Under the pieces are notes generated by a model. It saw nothing but the letters and a program-made list of their open reading frames with translations, was not told where the DNA came from and did no database searches. The position numbers and the translations under genes are program-made. This document shows positions 17,567 to 24,434 of a DNA stretch of 64,000 bases, piece by piece; the stretch's first letter is position 1; each line of letters begins with the position of its first letter. The stretch lies in the IMG/VR virus record IMGVR_UViG_3300022187_000001; one strand, given 5' to 3'. Origin of the DNA: an uncultured virus (IMG/VR IMGVR_UViG_3300022187_000001) (Duplodnaviria > Heunggongvirae > Uroviricota > Caudoviricetes > Crassvirales).

Positions 17567-17579
17567 TACTTGCACAACA

Positions 17580-17828
17580 ATGAAAACATACACACAAGCA
17601 GACTACAAGCGGATGCACCAAGGCATCGTCGAAGACATGATTGACACCTGCATCAGCAAGTGGCACGACCAAGAGTGTGACCCGCTCGAAGCGCGTGTCT
17701 ACCGCAACCTCGCCTCTATGTTTGAGCACCTGCGTGACGCAAAGGATAACGTAGAGGACATCAACATATGGGTCAGTGCCGCCAATGAGGAGGCCGCCTA
17801 CAATACCCTTAAAGGGGTAGCAAAATAA
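17580..17828 (+). CDS. Early hypothetical protein
   Basis: 82 aa ORF. Confidence 0.7.
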   Translation: MKTYTQADYKRMHQGIVEDMIDTCISKWHDQECDPLEARVYRNLASMFEHLRDAKDNVEDINIWVSAANEEAAYNTLKGVAK

Positions 17829-17861
17829 ATTTGCATAAACAGAATTATCACAGTAAATTTG
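17804..17861 (+). promoter_or_regulatory. Early promoter 5 with upstream palindrome
   Basis: TACCCTT-AA-AGGGGTA, N10, TTTG-N20-TAAATTTG. Confidence 0.8.
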
Positions 17862-17891
17862 CAGTCCAATTCAATTCAACGCTATTAACAA

Positions 17892-18461
17892 ATGCTAAAC
17901 AATAACACCAACACCCGCGCCTTCGCCGAATCTATGGGTCATACCATCGCTTTTGGTCGGAGCATCGTAACCTGTGACGCACTCCTCAACCATCAGTCCT
18001 ACGGGTTCTACTACCACGCCACAGACGGAGATGCTATCGTGGTCTCCCCTACCGACCCTAAGGGGGCGTACTCATACTGGGCAGACTACCTGCGAGAAGC
18101 ACAGGCTCTTGCGGAGAAATACGACCAAGACCCCGCTACATACGGGGTGCTAATGACCTTCAACTATGGACGTTCATGTATCTACATGAATCTTGTCCGT
18201 GTCGAGTACATGAAGGAACGCGCCTTGGACATGGCAGAGAACGACAGCGTTCAGTGCCCGTCCGTCATCTACGGCTTCTGTCGTAACGAAGAGATCGAGC
18301 GTATCACACTCGACAGCGAGGGTCGATCCACATACCCACAGGATGAGGCGGGACGTGCTGAAGCGGAAGCGGGGTACAACCGCGAAGTGACAGAGGATGC
18401 ACTGAAGCTGTTCCAAGACCTCGGCTTGAAGGAAGGGGATGAGTTAGAAGAATGGGTGTGA
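17892..18461 (+). CDS. Early hypothetical protein, possible distant paralog of 14202..14717
   Basis: IYMNLVRV...ERALDMA...IYG...NEEI. Confidence 0.7.
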   Translation: MLNNNTNTRAFAESMGHTIAFGRSIVTCDALLNHQSYGFYYHATDGDAIVVSPTDPKGAYSYWADYLREAQALAEKYDQDPATYGVLMTFNYGRSCIYMNLVRVEYMKERALDMAENDSVQCPSVIYGFCRNEEIERITLDSEGRSTYPQDEAGRAEAEAGYNREVTEDALKLFQDLGLKEGDELEEWV

Positions 18462-18545
18462 GTTTAGAGGCGGCTGACATACCCGCATCAGGAGGGGTCC
18501 TGTGAAAGTATGTAAGGGGAGGTTTTGTGTTCTCCTCCCCGCCAT

Positions 18546-18621
18546 GCGCCTGTAGCTCAGTGGTTAGAGCATCCGACTCATAATCGGCAGGTCGTAGGTT
18601 CAAGTCCTACCAGGCGCACCA
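18546..18621 (+). tRNA. tRNA with CAU anticodon, probably tRNA-Ile2 (lysidine type)
   Basis: Canonical 76-nt cloverleaf with CCA; loop CT-CAT-AA; C4-G69 and C5-G68 pairs as in TilS substrates. Confidence 0.9.
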
Positions 18622-18699
18622 AAATGGATAGGATGGAGTTGCTGCCCTGCCTATCAAGTGCTCCCACCCGAAACAGCATAGGGTGGTGGTGCGGTACTC

Positions 18700-18772
18700 G
18701 CCCACGTAGCTCAGGGGATAGAGCAACTGCCTTCTAAGCAGTCGGTCGCAGGTTCGATTCCTGCCGTGGGTA
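18700..18772 (+). tRNA. tRNA-Arg(UCU)
   Basis: Canonical cloverleaf; ACTGC-CTTCTAA-GCAGT; CCA not encoded. Confidence 0.93.
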
Positions 18773-18795
18773 CAAACATTCAAACACTCACAAAC

Positions 18796-19068
18796 ATGAA
18801 CTACTACGTAACAACCACAACAGACCTGCTCACTCCTGAGCAAAGGAAGCAGTTTAATGACATCATCGATGTCTGCCACGACAGCGACTTCGTGAGCCGC
18901 CTATGGGACTGCCTTGACCACAAGGTCACCGACACCGTCGCCGAGTACGGCACTGAGATGGAGAACTTCAAGGGTGACCTTGCAGATTTCTGCTTTGGGT
19001 GGGTCATGGGCGTGAAGATGATGGGCATCGAGGCAAAAATAGCGCATCATAACCTCAAGGACAAGTAA
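18796..19068 (+). CDS. Hypothetical protein
   Basis: Starts MNYYVT after an AC-rich leader. Confidence 0.7.
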   Translation: MNYYVTTTTDLLTPEQRKQFNDIIDVCHDSDFVSRLWDCLDHKVTDTVAEYGTEMENFKGDLADFCFGWVMGVKMMGIEAKIAHHNLKDK

Positions 19069-19080
19069 ACAAAAACAAAC

Positions 19081-19329
19081 ATGAGCACATTTAAACAAGA
19101 GCGCATCGACGGCGTAGTCCGCGAGATTGAGCGCAAGAGCCTGCAAGACATTGCGTTTATTATACTGAGCGAACGCTTCGAGAAGAAGATTTCGCTATAC
19201 GAAGCCGAATGGCTGGACGCCCTCGCCGATGCCCTGCGCGATGGAGACAGCTTTAACGAGTCGGAGTTGATGCAAGAGCTCTACGGAAACCCAAAGAAAG
19301 AACTCATCAAACGATACATGAACCAATGA
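19081..19329 (+). CDS. Hypothetical protein
   Basis: 82 aa, A-rich leader. Confidence 0.7.
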   Translation: MSTFKQERIDGVVREIERKSLQDIAFIILSERFEKKISLYEAEWLDALADALRDGDSFNESELMQELYGNPKKELIKRYMNQ

Positions 19330-19556
19330 AAGTATACCTTATACACCACCCAAATGGGGACATCTACCACAGAACAGATGAGAACATCATGGATGACATA
19401 CACGACATGATGGAGGCGGGCGAGTGCTCGATCGAGTGTTGGCGCAATGATGTGCACCTCGAATCTCATAGCTCCCCATCTTGGGGGTTGACGAGCAATG
19501 CCGACATAAACGACTGGTTAGAAACACAACAACTAACAAAATCACTATCATCATGA
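19326..19556 (+). CDS. Hypothetical protein
   Basis: ATGA overlap. Confidence 0.65.
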   Translation: MKVYLIHHPNGDIYHRTDENIMDDIHDMMEAGECSIECWRNDVHLESHSSPSWGLTSNADINDWLETQQLTKSLSS

Positions 19557-19666
19557 GCAACAATCAACACACATTATTGTCCATTGCGGTGTATACGTTA
19601 CTCGTTACGGCGGCATGGGTCATAGCATATGGATTCGCACAACTACTCAATAACCTCACACAATGA
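19553..19666 (+). CDS. Single-TM peptide, 37 aa
   Basis: MSNNQHTLLSIAVYTLLVTAAWVIAYGFAQLL; ATGA overlaps at both ends. Confidence 0.6.
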   Translation: MSNNQHTLLSIAVYTLLVTAAWVIAYGFAQLLNNLTQ

Positions 19667-20151
19667 CTGAAGAACAATTGAACTGCATCGGCAACCCGCT
19701 ACCAAACGAAACGTTCACGGCGTCACAGGCTATCCGAGCGGTCAACCGCTTGCTCTGGTCTAATGACGTAGAAGACGACGACCATGCCGAGGCAATGGTG
19801 ATAAAGGCGTTCCTAGTGGGCGTACTCCCAAACATTCCTGCGCCCGCCTTTTTGTCGAAGACAATCCCCGTTATGAATACCACGATCGAAGGCGCACAGA
19901 AGCGCATCGTCAAGGCCATCGAAGATTACGCTGACCGATGCAAATTTATCGGCGACCCGTGCGAGACAAACCCTGACCTCGAATACATCGGGGTCTTCCT
20001 CGACTCCGTGGAGGACGAGATGGCGGCAATCTCCAGCGCACACAACTCCCTGCATGACAGGTACGTCCAAGCCCGCGCCGAGATTGACATCCTCAAAGCA
20101 ACCATCGCGTCACTTGAACGCCAACTATTAGCCGCACATGATAACCGATAA
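19663..20151 (+). CDS. Hypothetical protein with a C-terminal coiled coil
   Basis: 162 aa. Confidence 0.7.
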   Translation: MTEEQLNCIGNPLPNETFTASQAIRAVNRLLWSNDVEDDDHAEAMVIKAFLVGVLPNIPAPAFLSKTIPVMNTTIEGAQKRIVKAIEDYADRCKFIGDPCETNPDLEYIGVFLDSVEDEMAAISSAHNSLHDRYVQARAEIDILKATIASLERQLLAAHDNR

Positions 20152-20530
20152 AAACAAAGACATGAAACGTAAATTCTGGTCCCCTGAAGAAGTAGAGCAA
20201 GTGTTTGCCATCTACGAGAAGTACAAAGTCAAAGATGACATGATTGACATCAGTCAAATCCAACGCTCTGAAATCCCTGAGAATCGCTCTTTGTGGGCGC
20301 TCAAGTCCTACCTGTACAAGGAGTATGGGGTTAGATGTAAGGGTGCTGGCGCGGCGACTAACCGCCTTCAGGAAACACTTCCTAAGCCGAAGACCAAGCC
20401 CACCTTCAAGCCTGTGCCTAAGCCGAAAGCCAAGTTGATGCCGAAGCCTGTAGTCTCCACGACAAAGGTCAAGACCACACGCCGCACGTTCCTGTGGGGT
20501 GTATTCACGATCGAAAGCATTGAAGCATGA
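20138..20530 (+). CDS. Possible DNA-binding protein with a Myb-like N-terminus and KP-rich linker
   Basis: KFWSPEEVEQ; PKPKTKPTFKPVPKPK. Confidence 0.6.
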   Translation: MITDKNKDMKRKFWSPEEVEQVFAIYEKYKVKDDMIDISQIQRSEIPENRSLWALKSYLYKEYGVRCKGAGAATNRLQETLPKPKTKPTFKPVPKPKAKLMPKPVVSTTKVKTTRRTFLWGVFTIESIEA

Positions 20531-20694
20531 TAACCGATAAATATATGCAAGACCTATGGGCATACATTGAATTCCTGAGTAGGAGAGTAGATGAGCAACC
20601 AAACGTAAGTATGTGGAAAATAATGCTTGACGGAAGTCTACGTAACTATAACGCAAAACTCAATATCAAAAATCAAGATGAGCAAGAATTCTAA
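20527..20694 (+). CDS. Small hypothetical protein, 55 aa
   Basis: Hand translation MITDKYMQDLWAYIEFL...QEF; ATGA overlap. Confidence 0.55.
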   Translation: MITDKYMQDLWAYIEFLSRRVDEQPNVSMWKIMLDGSLRNYNAKLNIKNQDEQEF

Positions 20695-21073
20695 ATACAA
20701 TTACAAAGTTCGTTTCCACTTAGCTAAAGGAGATAACTACAAGAAATGGCAAGTACGCGACATGAATGACCCTGATGGAAAGCCATCTTATTACGACCCT
20801 GATGATACAAGGTTGCTCATGGTTGATTGCAAGCTTGGTAATAAACCATCAATATCGCAGAAGATTTTCGAAGGAGAAAACAAAACCGTATGTGCGTGGG
20901 TGTGGTGCAAGCAAGTATGGGCTCTCCCAGGACCTGAGACAAGGGTCGGAAAGCAGTACCGATTTAACCCTAGAGCCAACCCACACTGGCACACACAAGA
21001 CGAAAAAAATGTTGACAACTGTGAAATCGAACAGCTTACAACACTCGGAAGAGGTATATTCAAGCATGAGTAA
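20678..21073 (+). CDS. Hypothetical protein (YKVRFHL...W...VCAWV motif)
   Basis: Start moved to MSKNSK. Confidence 0.7.
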   Translation: MSKNSKYNYKVRFHLAKGDNYKKWQVRDMNDPDGKPSYYDPDDTRLLMVDCKLGNKPSISQKIFEGENKTVCAWVWCKQVWALPGPETRVGKQYRFNPRANPHWHTQDEKNVDNCEIEQLTTLGRGIFKHE

Positions 21074-21470
21074 AGAAGACGCAATAGAAATCATAATTGA
21101 ACACGCATCAAAATTACCTATAAAAGAAGCAATAGCTTGTCATATGGCGGCATCAGACGTTCAGGAGTACGGAGTTGAGGAATGGGTAGAATGGAGTCCT
21201 CCATTTGTTATGGACATATTTACGGACATAATGTCCGATTCTTCTCAGGATTCAATGAACCTGCTTAAATCATACGCCGTTGGAGAAGATCTAATAGATG
21301 AGTTAATCTTAGAGGGTTATGTAACCACAGAAGAAGAAGACCAAGAGAGAGTAGATTACATAAAAACCATGGAAGCAATGAGGTCGTCTATGTTGGACGG
21401 ACTTAAATCCATGAAAGCATACTTCGAAATTCAAGAAATAATCAGATTTAAATACTATGGACTACATTGA
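21066..21470 (+). CDS. Acidic hypothetical protein
   Basis: Start moved to MSKEDA. Confidence 0.7.
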   Translation: MSKEDAIEIIIEHASKLPIKEAIACHMAASDVQEYGVEEWVEWSPPFVMDIFTDIMSDSSQDSMNLLKSYAVGEDLIDELILEGYVTTEEEDQERVDYIKTMEAMRSSMLDGLKSMKAYFEIQEIIRFKYYGLH

Positions 21471-21930
21471 TTCACGCACGGAAGCAGACTTCCAAGAGCT
21501 GGAAAGAGAAATAAATGCAATGCTTACTGACTTCTATGGAGAACCTCATAACATGAGAGATACAGGAGACAACAAGCAGAGGTACAAAGACCAAACGGGT
21601 CATTACCTGTTCACCCTTTGGATTGTAGACAAATACCACCGACTAGAGCGCAGTAAGATGGGAGCCATCGGTCAGTGGTTTAACAGGGATAGGTCTACAC
21701 CCAATCACTGGAGGGATCAAGGCAACGTACTTATGCGTAAGTCTACTGATTTTCGTCAGCTTTACGATAACCTTAAATACCTAGGCACTAGGTACAACAC
21801 CGAGGGTTACCTGAAATCTAGAGACCTTAGGATTCGGTTCATCGATAGACAGTTGGAGCACCTATCGGCTAGACGTGATGAATTGTTAAAATCATCCAAA
21901 AGGCTTGCAAAATCAAACACCACCGTTTAA
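21457..21930 (+). CDS. DnaA domain IV-like HTH protein
   Basis: AIGQWFNRDRSTPNHW resembles the DnaA signature IG..F.RDH(S/T)TV.H. Confidence 0.55.
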   Translation: MDYIDSRTEADFQELEREINAMLTDFYGEPHNMRDTGDNKQRYKDQTGHYLFTLWIVDKYHRLERSKMGAIGQWFNRDRSTPNHWRDQGNVLMRKSTDFRQLYDNLKYLGTRYNTEGYLKSRDLRIRFIDRQLEHLSARRDELLKSSKRLAKSNTTV

Positions 21931-21935
21931 ATTTA
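21905..21935 (+). promoter_or_regulatory. Promoter of the recombination/replication module
   Basis: TTG-N20-TAAATTTA plus the CAATTCAATTCA leader seen in the early cassettes. Confidence 0.55.
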
Positions 21936-21954
21936 CAATTCAATTCATTCTCAA

Positions 21955-22521
21955 ATGAGCAACTACAAATTCAAGACCACGAACATCCGTGGCAAGCAGT
22001 ACGTTGAAGTAAACGAACGTATCAAGTTCTTCCGTCAGGAGGAGCAGTACAAAGGCTGGAGCATCACCACCAACATCGAGCACATGAGTGACGACGATGT
22101 TGTTATGTGTACCAGAATCTTCGATACCAATGGCAACGTAGTCTCCACGGGCCATGCACAAGAGGTCAAGGGTAGCTCGAACATCAACAAGACGAGCCAC
22201 ATCGAGAACTGCGAGACGTCAGCCGTAGGTCGTGCTTTGGCTATGCTTGGTATCGGCATTGATACATCTATCGCTTCGGCGAATGAAGTGTCGGAGGCGA
22301 TTGCTAAGCAAGAATCAAACATTGACCTGACCAAGAAGCCCAAGGCGGGCACCAAGCCTTCGGGAAACGAATCGAAGGAAGAGAGCAACATCATGGACAA
22401 GGCTGTGAGTTATTTGAAGAGCTCTTCCGACCGATCGAAGGCATACGAACTCGTGATGTCGAAGTACGGCTCAGATTTAACTCAGGCGCAGAAGAATGGA
22501 CTCAAGAAATTCGTTCGATGA
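21955..22521 (+). CDS. Single-strand annealing protein (Rad52/Sak-like)
   Basis: GKQYVEVNERI...GHAQE...IENCETSAVGRALAMLGIG. Confidence 0.75.
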   Translation: MSNYKFKTTNIRGKQYVEVNERIKFFRQEEQYKGWSITTNIEHMSDDDVVMCTRIFDTNGNVVSTGHAQEVKGSSNINKTSHIENCETSAVGRALAMLGIGIDTSIASANEVSEAIAKQESNIDLTKKPKAGTKPSGNESKEESNIMDKAVSYLKSSSDRSKAYELVMSKYGSDLTQAQKNGLKKFVR

Positions 22522-22640
22522 AAGTACCAGTGGAAGATAGCTTTGAAGACAAATTGAGAAGAAGAGGATATAGTGAGGAGGCCATCATGATGATGGTCTT
22601 CTCCAAATTCCTTGAAAACGTAGAACCTGAAGAAGAATGA
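22518..22640 (+). CDS. Small hypothetical protein, 40 aa
   Basis: ATGA overlaps at both ends; MKVPVEDSFEDKLRRRGYSEEAI. Confidence 0.6.
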   Translation: MKVPVEDSFEDKLRRRGYSEEAIMMMVFSKFLENVEPEEE

Positions 22641-23449
22641 ACTTAGACATGACAACAAGTGAGTTTATGCGTCTCATCAAAGAGAGGTATAACAAGGATT
22701 ATCTGTCTTACTCTTCATTGAAGAACGCGCTTGGTGACATGCGTATGTTCGATATGTACATGAAGAAGGAGACCAAGAAAAAATCAGACGCACTGACGTT
22801 TGGGTCTCTATACGACATGATGTTGTTTGAGCCTGACAGAGCCAAGTCTCACTACGTGATACTCAACGACAACGCTATCCTTGACCAAATGTCAGAGAAA
22901 GCTAGGTCAGGCAAAAACCCAAAGGCTACGAATGAGTGGAAGAATCTTTTTGCTGAGTACGAGTTTCAGGTACATGAGAACGGACAAGAGATTGCTTCCG
23001 TAGACGACTGGACTAAATCTCAAGACATGATAGACAGACTGCATGCATCAGGTCTATATGGTTCATATCTTGATGGTGCTGATTTTCAGGTAGAGTTCAA
23101 CGAATACATTGACGGCATTAAAGTTCGTGGGTTCTTTGACTGCGTAAATGGTGACATGGTTGTAGACTCAAAGTCATCCCGTTCAATGGACAAGTTTAGA
23201 TATGACGTCAGATCATTCTCTTACGACATACAGGCGTACATTTACTGCAGAGTAATGGATACAAATAAATTTTATTGGCTTGTTCAAGAGAAGAACTATC
23301 CGTACTACCCTGGCATTGTGAGGTGCACAGAAGAAACCCTTTTTTCAGGAGAGATGAAATTTAACGAAGCTATCGGTCGTATAGCTACATTCCTAGGACA
23401 AGGTATAGACTATGATTACAGTAAAGACTATGCAGAGTTTAGCGTATAA
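22637..23449 (+). CDS. PD-(D/E)XK exonuclease (RecE/ExoVIII-like)
   Basis: LSYSSL, FGSLYD, RGFFD, VDSKS, YDIQAYIY; paired with the annealing protein. Confidence 0.8.
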   Translation: MNLDMTTSEFMRLIKERYNKDYLSYSSLKNALGDMRMFDMYMKKETKKKSDALTFGSLYDMMLFEPDRAKSHYVILNDNAILDQMSEKARSGKNPKATNEWKNLFAEYEFQVHENGQEIASVDDWTKSQDMIDRLHASGLYGSYLDGADFQVEFNEYIDGIKVRGFFDCVNGDMVVDSKSSRSMDKFRYDVRSFSYDIQAYIYCRVMDTNKFYWLVQEKNYPYYPGIVRCTEETLFSGEMKFNEAIGRIATFLGQGIDYDYSKDYAEFSV

Positions 23450-23520
23450 GACATACAAGACAACAAAGACAATTTTTTTTATTTTCGTAACCCTTTATTT
23501 CATTATAAATTTTTTTCAAT

Positions 23521-23817
23521 ATGGATAACCAGAAGTATGATTCCGTCCTCGTGGGATGGACAGAAGAGCCAAAGCGTGATGATAACGGCAATGTCGTTGC
23601 ATGGACTGTCAAGCTCAAAGACCACGAACTCCAAGACATGATTGACAAGTACACAACCACCAAGAACGAAAAGGGTGGAGGTAACGTGTACTTGACGCTC
23701 TTTATGAGTAAGAATGGAAAGGCCTGTTCCCGTGTGTTCGATCCGAATAGCGAGGGAGCAAAAGAGCGCCGAAACAAGAAGGACGACCAGGTCGTACAGG
23801 ATGACCTCCCCTTCTGA
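23521..23817 (+). CDS. Probable ssDNA-binding protein
   Basis: Beta-rich with an acidic DDLPF C-terminal tail. Confidence 0.65.
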   Translation: MDNQKYDSVLVGWTEEPKRDDNGNVVAWTVKLKDHELQDMIDKYTTTKNEKGGGNVYLTLFMSKNGKACSRVFDPNSEGAKERRNKKDDQVVQDDLPF

Positions 23818-24088
23818 TACGGCTCCAATCTACTTAATGACCGCTCGTGTTGCCTTCAAGAAAAGAAAGGAGGCGCACGAGCGCGTTAAGTGGATAATAT
23901 CTGTGTTCGACACCCCTTCAGACATTATGCGATACGACAAGAAAACAATGACACGCCTCGGCACAGAGCTGTACGGCAAAAACTCTAAGTCGGATAAGCA
24001 TATTATAATAAGGGACATCGTATCAAAGAAATTCATTTCGAATTCTCAACTATCAATAGATGAACACAAAAGACAAAATACAATCTAA
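23801..24088 (+). CDS. Hypothetical protein
   Basis: Start moved to MTSPSD. Confidence 0.55.
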   Translation: MTSPSDTAPIYLMTARVAFKKRKEAHERVKWIISVFDTPSDIMRYDKKTMTRLGTELYGKNSKSDKHIIIRDIVSKKFISNSQLSIDEHKRQNTI

Positions 24089-24434
24089 GTGCACAGAGCT
24101 ACGTGACCTTCTTTTTCTTAAGAACAAGGCCTACGGAGACGCTGCACTTACTCCTTTAAATATTTTCTCTTCCGCTAATTCAGAATACGGATTGAGACAA
24201 CGAATAGACGATAAGCTCAAGCGCATACAAACCGTAGGTCTTAACGACAGTACAGAAGACACATTAATTGATTTGGCAGGATACTTAATTCTGCTTATGA
24301 TTGCAAGAGATGACCAACAAAATAACAATATTCAAGGACATAAGGGAAATCGAGGCTCCCAATCATATTACGGTGCAGCAAGCTCTGCATCGAATAAAGG
24401 AAGGGAGGAGCAAAGAACTCATTTCACAGATTAG
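24060..24434 (+). CDS. Nucleotide-modification-associated domain protein (DUF1599/Nmad1-like)
   Basis: KNKAYGD...RIDDKLKRI...DTLIDLAGYLILL. Confidence 0.75.
   Translation: MNTKDKIQSKCTELRDLLFLKNKAYGDAALTPLNIFSSANSEYGLRQRIDDKLKRIQTVGLNDSTEDTLIDLAGYLILLMIARDDQQNNNIQGHKGNRGSQSYYGAASSASNKGREEQRTHFTD

Noticed and set aside
14319..17593. Long minus-strand ORFs in the early region (14319..14987, 16940..17593 and others)
   Set aside because: Antisense shadows of genes rich in C-ending codons; V/L/D-rich translations with no expression signals
12482..17890. Early repeats as a CRISPR array or att sites
   Set aside because: They are kilobases apart, separated by genes, and match the promoter consensus; no cas or integrase genes
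18465..18545. Hammerhead ribozyme (CTGA...GAAA present)
   Set aside because: The CUGANGA core is absent (CTGACAT); kept only as a generic structured RNA
18546..18621. tRNA-Met assignment
   Set aside because: No initiator features; C4-G69 and C5-G68 favour Ile2, though elongator Met is not fully excluded
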